A DNA stretch of 64,000 bases from an uncultured bacterium (GTDB lineage: Bacteria > Muiribacteriota > Ozemobacteria > Ozemobacterales > Ozemobacteraceae). The translations under genes were made by a program, and so were the position numbers. This document shows, one piece after another, positions 26,153-35,277 of this stretch. Where the stretch lies: assembly GCA_964428355.1 (NCBI GenBank), contig CAYRYU010000010.1, forward strand, positions 39,334-103,333, in the 5' to 3' direction. The notes under the pieces are model-generated. The model did no database searches, was not told where the DNA came from, and saw only the letters and a program-made list of their open reading frames with translations. Each line of letters opens with the position of its first letter. Position 1 is the first letter of the stretch.

Positions 26153-27256
26153 ATGTCCAACAAACCTTCTGTCGTTTATGCAAACGTCTGGGAAGACCCT
26201 GAACTGAACAGACTTTCGCTTTTTGTCAAACCCGGCGATTCCGTCCTGTCTATAACTTCGGGAGGCTGCAACTCTCTTTGCCTTCTTCTCGACGATCCCG
26301 CCCGCGTCGTCTCGATCGATCTCAACCCAGCCCAGCTCGCGATGCTCGAGTTCAAGCGCGCCGCGATCATGGAACTCGACTACGAGGATTTTCTCGAGGC
26401 GCTCGGGGTCCCGTTCCTCCACGAGACTCCCCGTCACCCGCCCGAATACAGGGTGGAGCTGTACCGCCGGATCAAGCGGCACATGCCGCCCTATGCCGTC
26501 CAGTTCTGGGACGAGAACCAGGACATCATCCGAAAAGGGATCTTCCTGTGTGGCAAGGTGGAGGCGTTTTTCGCCCTCTATCGACGGATCCTGGGATTCC
26601 TCTACGATTTCGGGGACATCGAAAAGCTTTGCCATTGTTCCAATCTCGAAGAGCAGAAGAAGATGTACAAAAATCTCCGGAAGCGGCGCTGGCGGTTCCT
26701 GAACAGCGTCCTTCTGAACAAGTTCGTTCTGAGCCTGGTCAAAGGGGCCCACTCATTCGCCCAGGTCGAGGATCCAGATCTTGCGGGCAATCTGAGCAGG
26801 AAGATCGACAAGGCGATGACCACCTTCTTCAACCCAGAAAACTTCTTCCTCTGCGTAATGCTGCTTGGAGGCCACCATTCCCGCAAGCACATGTCCCCCT
26901 ACCTGTTGGAGGAAAACTACCCCCGGTTGAAGCGGAACATCGGCCGCCTCGAGATCTTCGAGGGGACCGTCGGCGATGTCCTCAGGAAAAACGGGAAGGG
27001 AACGTTCGACAAGTTCAATCTTTCCAACATCTTCGAATGGATGACGAACGAAATTTTCAACGGCGTTATCAGGGAGGTCCTGGATCTCGCGCGACCGGGG
27101 TCCCGTCTGTGTTACCGGTATACCCTCGCCAAGCCCAGGCTGCTCAATTCCGAGAACAGTGCCCGGTTGGTTTCGGAGCCCGACCTGGCCCTGAAGCTGT
27201 TCAACCAGGATCGCTCATTCATCTACGAGAGCTTCCATGTATTCCATCTTGCCTGA
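26153..27256 (+). CDS. DUF3419 family protein (BtaA-like, putative SAM-dependent 3-amino-3-carboxypropyl transferase)
   Basis: N-terminus VVYANVWEDPELNRLSLFVKPGDSVLSITSGGCNSLCLLLDDPARVVSIDLNPAQLAMLEFK matches the conserved start of DUF3419/BtaA-like proteins (YxxxWEDP...L.I.SxGDN). Confidence 0.6.
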   Translation: MSNKPSVVYANVWEDPELNRLSLFVKPGDSVLSITSGGCNSLCLLLDDPARVVSIDLNPAQLAMLEFKRAAIMELDYEDFLEALGVPFLHETPRHPPEYRVELYRRIKRHMPPYAVQFWDENQDIIRKGIFLCGKVEAFFALYRRILGFLYDFGDIEKLCHCSNLEEQKKMYKNLRKRRWRFLNSVLLNKFVLSLVKGAHSFAQVEDPDLAGNLSRKIDKAMTTFFNPENFFLCVMLLGGHHSRKHMSPYLLEENYPRLKRNIGRLEIFEGTVGDVLRKNGKGTFDKFNLSNIFEWMTNEIFNGVIREVLDLARPGSRLCYRYTLAKPRLLNSENSARLVSEPDLALKLFNQDRSFIYESFHVFHLA

Positions 27257-28634
27257 ACCGGTGTTCCCGGCCCCCTGGGCCTTTGACCGAGGGAAAAAAT
27301 CGGCCATTGCCGCATTGATCGCCGGGTTCCTTTTCCTGGTTTCCGCATTTCCATCATCTTCCGGGTTCACTTTGTCCGACGAGGATTCCCGGATGTTGAG
27401 CCTCATCCAGAAAAGGACCCTGTCCTACTTCTGGGATTTCGGACACCCCGTTTCCGGTCTCTCCCCCGAACGGAACACCACTCCGGATACCGTTACCTCG
27501 GGCGGCTCCGGATTCGGCCTCATGGCCTTGCTCGTCGGGGTCCGGCGCGGGTGGCTGACCCGGGAAGCCGTTCTCGAGCGCTGCCTGAAGATCGCGGATT
27601 TTTTGGCGAAAGCCGAGCGGTTTCATGGCGCCTGGCCGCACTGGCTCGACGGAAGGACCGGGGCCGCGATTCCGTTCAGCAAGTATGACGATGGGGGCGA
27701 CATCGTCGAGACCTCCTACCTCATCCAGGGGCTGTTGACGGTCAGGGCTTTCTTCAATTCTGATGACCCCGCCGAGGGAAGGCTCAGGGAGAGGATCGAC
27801 AGACTCTGGCGCGAAGTCGAATGGGACTGGTACACTCGCGGGGAAAACGTCATTTATTGGCACTGGTCCCCCAACTACGGATGGAAAATGAACCTTCCCA
27901 TTCGGGGATACAACGAATGTCTGATAACCTACGTTCTTGCCGCCTCCTCCCCGACTCACCCGATCGGGTCCGCGGTTTACCATGGCGGCTGGGCAACGGG
28001 GCCGGTGTTTCTGAACGGAAAGACCTATTTCGGGAAGGTGCGATTGCCGCTCGGCCCCGGCTTCGGGGGTCCGCTTTTCTTCACGCACTATTCGTTTCTC
28101 GGGCTCGACCCGAGGGGGCTCAAGGACAGATACGCGAACTACTGGCAGCAGAACACGGGCCACGCGATGATCAACTACCTGTATTGCGCCCGCAACCCTG
28201 TTCCGGACCTGGGGTATTCATCCGATTGCTGGGGGCTCACCTCCTGCGACAATCCCTGGGGTTACGATGCCCACAGTCCTTCCAACGATCTTGGTGTGAT
28301 CGCCCCCACAGCGGCTCTTTCCTCGATCGTCTACACGCCGACGCAGTCTTTGAGAGCCGCGAGATACTTCCTGAATGTCCTGGGGCAAGACCTCTTCGGG
28401 CCGTTCGGTTTTTACGACGCATTCTGTCCTCGTGAAGGATGGGTCGCGACCTCCACCCTTGCCATCGACCAGGGTCCGATCATCATCATGGTCGAGAATT
28501 TCAGATCCGGCATGCTTTGGAGACTATTCATGGGGGTTCCGGAGGTCCGCTCCGGGCTCCGGAGGCTTGGGTTCACCTTTCCCGGGGGCTCCCGGCACGG
28601 TAATTCCACTGGCAACCAAGGAGAAGGACAATGA
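27237..28634 (+). CDS. Glucoamylase-family / GH144-like glycoside hydrolase (putative endo-beta-1,2-glucanase)
   Basis: N-terminal TM/signal segment, then LSYFWDFGHPVSGLSPERNTTPDTVTSGGSGFGLMALLVG, HGAWPHWLDGRTG and TSYLIQGLLTVRAFF. This is the (alpha/alpha)6 'glucoamylase family protein' pattern seen in GH144. It overlaps the downstream GH3 gene by 4 bp. Confidence 0.55.
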   Translation: MYSILPEPVFPAPWAFDRGKKSAIAALIAGFLFLVSAFPSSSGFTLSDEDSRMLSLIQKRTLSYFWDFGHPVSGLSPERNTTPDTVTSGGSGFGLMALLVGVRRGWLTREAVLERCLKIADFLAKAERFHGAWPHWLDGRTGAAIPFSKYDDGGDIVETSYLIQGLLTVRAFFNSDDPAEGRLRERIDRLWREVEWDWYTRGENVIYWHWSPNYGWKMNLPIRGYNECLITYVLAASSPTHPIGSAVYHGGWATGPVFLNGKTYFGKVRLPLGPGFGGPLFFTHYSFLGLDPRGLKDRYANYWQQNTGHAMINYLYCARNPVPDLGYSSDCWGLTSCDNPWGYDAHSPSNDLGVIAPTAALSSIVYTPTQSLRAARYFLNVLGQDLFGPFGFYDAFCPREGWVATSTLAIDQGPIIIMVENFRSGMLWRLFMGVPEVRSGLRRLGFTFPGGSRHGNSTGNQGEGQ

Positions 28635-30856
28635 TTCGACGAGGTTTTTTCCAGACCGTTCTGTGCGTGGCGGTTGTCATGGGTGCATTTTCCCCCTTCG
28701 ACGTTGCCGGTTCCGATACCAAAGCTTTCGTCGAATCGCTCCTCAAAAAGATGACCATCGAGGAGAAGATCGGCCAGATGACACTATTCACCAGCACCTG
28801 GGACCAGACGGGCCCGATGGTGAACGCCGATTACCTCGAGCACGTGAAAACGGGAAGATGTGGGGCGATTTTCAACGCCTTTACCGCTTCCTACACACAG
28901 TATCTCCAGAACATTGCGATGGGCCAGACAAGGCTCAAGATCCCGCTCCTTTTCGGTTACGACGTGATTCACGGCCATCGGACCATCTTCCCGATCCCTC
29001 TCGCGGAATCCTGTTCCTGGGATCTCGAAGCGATCGAGCGGTCTGCCCGCGTGGCCGCCATCGAAGCCTCCGCCGAGGGAATCCACTGGACGTTCGCCCC
29101 CATGGTCGATATCGCCCGGGACCCGCGCTGGGGGCGGGTGTCCGAGGGAGCGGGGGAAGATGTGCATCTCGGTTGCCTCATCGCGGCAGCGCGGGTTCGC
29201 GGTTTTCAGGGGAAAGACCTTTCCGCGCCCGATTCCGTGATCGCCTGCGCGAAGCATTTCGCGGCATACGGTGCGGCCCAGGCAGGGCGTGATTACCATA
29301 CCGTCGATGTTTCCAGGCGAACCATCGAGGAGACCTATCTTCCTCCATTCCAGGCTTGTGTCCGCGAGGGGGTCCGGACCTTCATGACCGCGTTCAACGA
29401 GATTTCCGGAGTCCCTTGCACCGCCAACCGGTGGTTGATCGAAAGCGTCCTGAGGGAGCGTTGGGAGTTCCCCGGATTCGTTGTAACGGACTACACATCG
29501 ATGAATGAGATGGTTCCACACGGGATTGCCGCCGACGAGTACGAAGCCGGGAAGCTTTCGGCCCTCGCAGGTGTCGATATGGACATGCAGGGCGCGGTCT
29601 ACCTGAACCACCTCGCCGCGATGGTCCGGAAGGGGGATATCCCCATCGCCAGTATCGATGCCGCCGTCCGGCGGATCCTCACGGTCAAGGCCGAGCTGGG
29701 ACTGTTCGAAAACCCCTACAAGGGCTGCGATCAGGCTCGTGAAGCCAGGGTCGTCTTTTGCCCCGAGCATCTGGAGGAAAGCCGGAGGATGGCCCGCAAG
29801 TCCTTCGTTCTGCTCAAGAACGAGGGAGGAGTGCTCCCCTTCCGGAAGGATCTTCGCTCGATCGCCGTGATCGGCCCCCTGGCGGAAGCCACTACCGATC
29901 TTCTGGGGAACTGGCATGGCGCGGGGAACGGCAACCAGGTCACGCCCCTCCTCAAGGCCGTCCGCGATTCCGTGGGACCAAAGACCGAGGTTCTGTTCGC
30001 CAAGGGAGCGGAAGTGAGCGGGACCGATCGCTCGGGTTTCCGGGCCGCCCTGGAAATCGCCCGTGAAGCCGACGTGGTTCTGCTTGCCCTGGGTGAAACC
30101 GAGGGGATGAGCGGCGAAGCCTCCTCCCGTTCGGAAATCGACCTTCCCGGTGTCCAGAATGAGCTCGCGGAGCTGGTTGCCCGTTGCGGAAAACCGACCG
30201 CGGCGGTCCTGTTCAACGGGAGACCCCTTGCCATCCGGAGACTAGATGCGGCGGTTCCGGCAATCCTCGAAGCCTGGTTTCCCGGGTCGATGGGCGGGAA
30301 GGCAGTTTGCGACGTGATTTTCGGGGAATTCGAGCCCTCGGGAAAGCTGACCATGACCTTCCCCCGGTCCGTGGGGCAGATTCCCCTGCACTACGACATG
30401 AAGAACACGGGGCGCCCGGAGTCGGAGGGGAAATACACCAGCAAATACCTCGACATCGCCAATTCCCCCTTGTACCCGTTCGGATACGGCCTGACCTACA
30501 CGACCTTCAAATACTCTGACCTCAGGCTGAATTCGAAGACGATGAAGGATCTGGGGGTGATCGTCGCCACCGTCTGCGTCACGAACGTCGGAAGCCGCGA
30601 CGGGGACGAGGTCGTCCAGCTATACATCCGGGACCTGGTCGGGAGCGTCACCCGGCCGGTCAAGCAGCTCAAGGGTTTCAGGAGGATCCGGGTCCCGAGA
30701 GGGGAAACCCGCACGGTGACATTCGTGATCTCTCCTTCCGACCTGGCCTTCCTTCGTGCAGACATGACCTGGGGAACCGAGCCCGGCACCTTCGGGGTCA
30801 TGGTCGGCGGCGATTCGGAGCATGTCCTGAAGGATTCCTTCCAACTCCTCGATTGA
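28631..30856 (+). CDS. bglX: GH3 family beta-glucosidase (BglX-like), secreted
   Basis: Signal peptide. GH3 signatures: KIGQMTLF, GYDVIHGHRTIFPIPLAES, KHFAAYGAAQAGRDY, and the catalytic-nucleophile region GFVVTDYTSM. C-terminal fibronectin-like domain present. 741 aa. Confidence 0.85.
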   Translation: MIRRGFFQTVLCVAVVMGAFSPFDVAGSDTKAFVESLLKKMTIEEKIGQMTLFTSTWDQTGPMVNADYLEHVKTGRCGAIFNAFTASYTQYLQNIAMGQTRLKIPLLFGYDVIHGHRTIFPIPLAESCSWDLEAIERSARVAAIEASAEGIHWTFAPMVDIARDPRWGRVSEGAGEDVHLGCLIAAARVRGFQGKDLSAPDSVIACAKHFAAYGAAQAGRDYHTVDVSRRTIEETYLPPFQACVREGVRTFMTAFNEISGVPCTANRWLIESVLRERWEFPGFVVTDYTSMNEMVPHGIAADEYEAGKLSALAGVDMDMQGAVYLNHLAAMVRKGDIPIASIDAAVRRILTVKAELGLFENPYKGCDQAREARVVFCPEHLEESRRMARKSFVLLKNEGGVLPFRKDLRSIAVIGPLAEATTDLLGNWHGAGNGNQVTPLLKAVRDSVGPKTEVLFAKGAEVSGTDRSGFRAALEIAREADVVLLALGETEGMSGEASSRSEIDLPGVQNELAELVARCGKPTAAVLFNGRPLAIRRLDAAVPAILEAWFPGSMGGKAVCDVIFGEFEPSGKLTMTFPRSVGQIPLHYDMKNTGRPESEGKYTSKYLDIANSPLYPFGYGLTYTTFKYSDLRLNSKTMKDLGVIVATVCVTNVGSRDGDEVVQLYIRDLVGSVTRPVKQLKGFRRIRVPRGETRTVTFVISPSDLAFLRADMTWGTEPGTFGVMVGGDSEHVLKDSFQLLD

Positions 30857-30858
30857 AG

Positions 30859-30922
30859 CCCCGTTCCTGGAACGCCCCGTTCCGTGAACGCCCCGTTCCG
30901 GGAACGCCCCGTTCAGGGGACC
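30859..30922. repeat. Tandem array of 16-bp units, each an internal palindrome CGTTCCnGGAACG (3 full + 1 degenerate copy)
   Basis: Read directly from sequence: ccccgttcctggaacg / ccccgttccgtgaacg / ccccgttccgggaacg / ccccgttcaggggacc. GTTCC and GGAAC are reverse complements. The array fills the 56-bp gap between the convergent GH3 and GGDEF genes and runs into the last codons of the GGDEF gene. Confidence 0.6.
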
Positions 30923-31896
30923 GCTTTCATTCCCCCGTTCGGGTGGCATTTTGCCTTGAAAAGCCCGGTCTGTGCGCGCCAGATGAATTCCGGGAGCTTC
31001 TCCCCTGCATGGGTGGACGTCAGGCCGATCGAGACCGAGGTTTTCACCTCCTTGAGGGTGAAGTTCCTGGAAGAGATGTTCTTCCGGAAACGGTTGATGA
31101 CGATCTTCGCGCCTTCGAGAGGGGTGTGCGGCATGCAGACGATGAACTCGTCGACCCCGAAACACCCGATCAGATCGACACCCCGCAGGATGGTCTTCAG
31201 TTCGTCGGCAACCTCGCACCGGAGCTTTCGGGCGGTGGCCAGCCCGTGGAGGTTCGCGACCTGCTTGAAATTGTCGATATCGTAGATCGAAAGGGCCAGA
31301 GGGAACTTGTACCGTTCAGCCTTCCGGAACTCCTCCTGGAGTTTCATCTGGAAGAAATCATTGCACAGCAGCCCGGTTTCCTCGTCGTAACGCCGGAGCT
31401 GGTTCACTATCCCCAGAAGGCGCTCCTTGTTCATTGCAGCTCCTATGATGTTCGCGCAGGCATGGAAGAAGCACTCCTGAAACCGCGGCAGGGGATAATA
31501 CTCATTGAAGTGGATCAGCAGGACTCCGACTGCCTGACTGTCAACCGATACCCTAACCGCTACGGCCATCCCGTAAGGTTGTCCCAGGAGAAGTTCCTCG
31601 TATTCACCTGCTTCTCTGGGGGTTACAACCACCATTTCCTTCGCGTAGAAGACCTTCCCGAAGACCCCCGTTCCCACGGGGCGACGGAATGTGCGGGAAG
31701 TCTGTCCCGAAAGATTCCAGCCATTCTTGATTTCCAGGTAATCCGTTTCGGGGTTCTTCACCAGGAGTGCCGATGAAAGTGCTTCCGGGAGAACCTTCAT
31801 CCCCTGCATGACCCGGAAAACCGTTCTCGTGGAATCGCACTGGGCCACCACGGAACAAAGATGTTTCGCGATCGCGTCAAAAAGCGCATTTTGCAT
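30913..31896 (-). CDS. GAF-like + GGDEF domain protein with degenerate active-site motif (GVDEF)
   Basis: C-terminal half: FFQMKLQEEFRKAERYKFPLALSIYDIDNFKQVANLHGLATARKLRCEVADELKTIL...DLIGCFGVDEFIVCMP. This is the GGDEF fold, but the second Gly of GG[DE]EF is replaced (FGVDEF). The N-terminal roughly 150 aa are a GAF-like sensory region. Confidence 0.7.
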   Translation of the reverse strand: MQNALFDAIAKHLCSVVAQCDSTRTVFRVMQGMKVLPEALSSALLVKNPETDYLEIKNGWNLSGQTSRTFRRPVGTGVFGKVFYAKEMVVVTPREAGEYEELLLGQPYGMAVAVRVSVDSQAVGVLLIHFNEYYPLPRFQECFFHACANIIGAAMNKERLLGIVNQLRRYDEETGLLCNDFFQMKLQEEFRKAERYKFPLALSIYDIDNFKQVANLHGLATARKLRCEVADELKTILRGVDLIGCFGVDEFIVCMPHTPLEGAKIVINRFRKNISSRNFTLKEVKTSVSIGLTSTHAGEKLPEFIWRAQTGLFKAKCHPNGGMKAVP

Positions 31897-32031
31897 CCCC
31901 TATGAACCTCCCCTACAACTTTTCTCCATAGTTTATCACGAATCAGGAAGGGGGGGCGAGAAGGGCGCGGCCTCACCGCCCGGAACTTTCGATTACCGGA
32001 CTGAGCAGTTCTCGCCCCAATGGTGCCGGGG

Positions 32032-35000
32032 TCAGAGACCCCTGCGGACCTTCTCGATCTGGTAGTAGATGACCGGGACCGCGACCCGGGTGAGGCACGT
32101 CGATGCAAGTTCGCCGAAAACGATGGCGATGGCCAGCCCCTGGAAGATAGGATCGGAAAGCATCACGGTGGCCCCGATCAGCGTCGACAGAGAGGTCAGC
32201 ACCATCGGCCGGAACCGGATCACCGCCGCGTTGATGACCGCGTCCTCAAGGCTCTGGCCGCGTTTTTCCAGTTCGATGATGAAGTCCACCAGAAGGAGCG
32301 AGTTGCGGACTATGATGCCCGCGCCGCTGATGAAGCCGATCATCGAGGTTGCCGTGAAGAACGCTCCCAATGCCGCATGGCCGGGCAGGACGCCGACGAG
32401 GCTGAAGGGGACCGGAAGCATTATTCCGATGGGGGTGAGGAAGTCCTGATACCATCCGACCATCAGTACGTAGATCAGGAGCATAACCGCAGCAAAGGCG
32501 AGCCCAAGGTCGCGGAAGACCTCATACGTGATCTGCCATTCTCCGTCGAACTTTACCGCGAATCCACTCGTGGTTTCGAAGGGGATGCGGGTGTGCCACT
32601 GGGTAATGGAACCCCCGTCCGGGCCCCGGAGTGCGGCCAGGCGGCCAGTGAGATCGAGGATGGGGTAGACGGGACTTTCCTCGACTCCAGCCACGTCAGC
32701 GGTCACGTAGGTCACTGGCTGCAGGTTCTTGTGATACCTGCTCTTGTCCTTGACACGGCGGCGGGGCGTAACCACCTCGCCCAGGGTCACGCTTCGCCCG
32801 CTTGCGGGGGAGGTCACCCGCAGTGAAAGGATGGCGTCGTCCCCGGAACGGCTGTGGCGGGGAAGGCGAACCAGAAGGGCAACATCCTCCCGCTCTCGCG
32901 GAAGGTCCATCAGACCGACCGATGCCCCCGTAACCCCAAGACGGATGGCCTGGGCGATGTGCTCCGGGCTCAAACCAAGCAGGGCGGCCTTGGTCTGGTC
33001 GACCTCGAAGATGGTCTGGGGCTGGTCCTCCTCGGTGTAGGAGTCGACATCGACGACCCCCGGGGTGTTCTGCATGATCGTCTGGACCTGACTGGCCAGC
33101 GCTATGCGCCCTTCCTCCGTGGGACCGAACACTTCCACCACCAGGGTCTGAAGGACGGGTGGTCCGGGAGGTACTTCCGCGATCTTGGCGTTGGCTCCGA
33201 ACCGCCGGGCGATCTCCTGGACCGGCTGGCGAACCGAGAGTGCGATCTCGTGACTCTGACGGGTCCGCTTTGCCTTCGGGGCGAGGTTGACCTGCAGATC
33301 CGCCATGTGGGCACTGCGACGCAGGAAGTAATGGCGCACCAGCCCGTTGAAATTGAAGGGGCCTGAGATCCCGGAGTGGAGCTCGATGTCGGTCACTTCG
33401 GGCACTGTCTTGAGGTAGTCCGAGATGGCCATGGCCGCTGCGGTCGTTGTCTCAAGCGTTGAACCTTCCGGAAGATCGAGAACGACCTGGAACTCGCTCT
33501 TGTTGTCGAAAGGCAGCATCTTTACCTTGACGAAACGCAGGGGTACCAGAAGGATTGCGCCAACCACCAAAATGGCCGCCACCAGGATGAACACCAGACG
33601 GGTGCGGGGAACCCGGACGAGGGGGGTGATGATGAGCCGGTAAAATCGCTCGAAGAGCGAATCGGGGATCTTGTCGTCCTTCAGGTCCTCCTCGGAAAGC
33701 TCGGGAAACTTGATGAACCTGATTCCCGCCCATGGCGTCACTACGTAGGCAACGAGTAATGACAACATGCCGGCCGCAGCAGTTCCAATCGGGATGGGCT
33801 CCATGTAGGGCCCCATCATTCCGCTGACCAGGGCCATGGGCATGACTGCCAGCACGATTGCGATGTTGGCCAGGATCGTGGGATCGCCGATCTCGTTGAC
33901 CGCTTCCATAGCTATCTCGGCGCGTGGACGTCCACGGTTCTTGGGCATCCCGATGTGGCGGAGCAGGTTTTCGAGGACCACTACCGCGTCGTCGGTTAGA
34001 AGGCCGACCGAGAAGATCAGGGCGAACAGGGTGATGCGGTTCATGGTGAACCCGAGGGAATAGAAGGTGAAAAGAGTCAATGCAAGGGTCACCGGAATGC
34101 TGATCGAACTCACCAGTGCAACCCGTGCGCTGAGCGTGAGAAAGAGGATAATCATGACCAGCACAACTGCCTGGATCATGCTCGTGAAGAGGTCGTCCGC
34201 CTTTTCCTGGGCGGTCGAGCCGTAGTCCCGCGTCGTGGTGACGGTCACTTCGTCTGGAATGACCGTCTTTCGCAGCACTTCAAGCTTGCGCCGGATTTCC
34301 CCCCCCAGAGCGATGGCGTTGGTTCCCCTGCGCTTGGCCACGCTCAATGTTACCGCGGGGGCGGGACCTCCCTGAAGGGCCTTGACCGGCACATCGCCCA
34401 TCACGGTCCGAGCCGCGGGTCCGAAGTCGATGAAAACATGGGAGTCGGGCTCGTCGGTTCCGTCGCGCACCGTCGCCACGTCCGCCACCTTGATGGGTTT
34501 TCGGTCACGAACGGCGACCACCAGTTGCTCAACATCCTGACGTTGGCGCAGGAAGCCGCCTGCCAGAAGGGCGACCCGTCGGTTGGACCGGTCATACTCC
34601 CCCGCGCCGAACCGGGCATTCGCCCCTTTCAGCGCCTGAAGCAACTCGAAAGGGGAAACTCCGAATCCGGCCAGGCGGACCGGGTCGATTTCCACGACCA
34701 TTGCACGGGGCATCCCCCCGGTCAGGGTGGTGACCGAGACATCGGGAATGGCTTTGAGGTGGTCCATGACCTGGGCGGCGACCCTCCGGAGGTCGTCGTG
34801 GCCGTAGACACGGCTCCAGAAAGTCAGGGAGAGGAATGGAACGTCGTCGATGGTGCGGTTCTTGACCACCGGCCCAACCACGCCGGGCGGGATGCGGTCC
34901 TTGTGGTGTTCGAGTTTCTCGTTGATCTTCACCAGGGAGCGTTCGAGATCCTCGCCCACCTTGAACCGGACGATGACCATTGCCTGCTCCTCGGAGCTGG

Positions 35001-35262
35001 TGCTGTAGATGTATTCGACGCCGGGGATTTCCCAGAGCAGCTTTTCAAGCGGTCGGATGACGCGGTTCTCGACCTGCTCCGCGCCCGCCCCGGGCATGCC
35101 CACGAAGATGTCAACCATAGGAACAACGATCTGGGGTTCCTCTTCCCTGGGGATGGCCGAGAAGGCGAAATATCCCAACAGCAGGGAGGCGGCGATGAAG
35201 AGGGGCGTGAGCTTGGAGTTGACCCACTTTCCGACGAAGCGACCGCTGAGGTTCAGTTCCAT
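32032..35262 (-). CDS. Efflux RND transporter permease subunit (AcrB/CzcA family)
   Basis: 1076 aa, 12 TM segments with two large periplasmic loops. N-terminus MELNLSGRFVGKWVNSKLTPLFIAASLLLG is typical of the family. Confidence 0.85.
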   Translation of the reverse strand: MELNLSGRFVGKWVNSKLTPLFIAASLLLGYFAFSAIPREEEPQIVVPMVDIFVGMPGAGAEQVENRVIRPLEKLLWEIPGVEYIYSTSSEEQAMVIVRFKVGEDLERSLVKINEKLEHHKDRIPPGVVGPVVKNRTIDDVPFLSLTFWSRVYGHDDLRRVAAQVMDHLKAIPDVSVTTLTGGMPRAMVVEIDPVRLAGFGVSPFELLQALKGANARFGAGEYDRSNRRVALLAGGFLRQRQDVEQLVVAVRDRKPIKVADVATVRDGTDEPDSHVFIDFGPAARTVMGDVPVKALQGGPAPAVTLSVAKRRGTNAIALGGEIRRKLEVLRKTVIPDEVTVTTTRDYGSTAQEKADDLFTSMIQAVVLVMIILFLTLSARVALVSSISIPVTLALTLFTFYSLGFTMNRITLFALIFSVGLLTDDAVVVLENLLRHIGMPKNRGRPRAEIAMEAVNEIGDPTILANIAIVLAVMPMALVSGMMGPYMEPIPIGTAAAGMLSLLVAYVVTPWAGIRFIKFPELSEEDLKDDKIPDSLFERFYRLIITPLVRVPRTRLVFILVAAILVVGAILLVPLRFVKVKMLPFDNKSEFQVVLDLPEGSTLETTTAAAMAISDYLKTVPEVTDIELHSGISGPFNFNGLVRHYFLRRSAHMADLQVNLAPKAKRTRQSHEIALSVRQPVQEIARRFGANAKIAEVPPGPPVLQTLVVEVFGPTEEGRIALASQVQTIMQNTPGVVDVDSYTEEDQPQTIFEVDQTKAALLGLSPEHIAQAIRLGVTGASVGLMDLPREREDVALLVRLPRHSRSGDDAILSLRVTSPASGRSVTLGEVVTPRRRVKDKSRYHKNLQPVTYVTADVAGVEESPVYPILDLTGRLAALRGPDGGSITQWHTRIPFETTSGFAVKFDGEWQITYEVFRDLGLAFAAVMLLIYVLMVGWYQDFLTPIGIMLPVPFSLVGVLPGHAALGAFFTATSMIGFISGAGIIVRNSLLLVDFIIELEKRGQSLEDAVINAAVIRFRPMVLTSLSTLIGATVMLSDPIFQGLAIAIVFGELASTCLTRVAVPVIYYQIEKVRRGL

Positions 35263-35277
35263 TTGTCTTTGCCTCCG

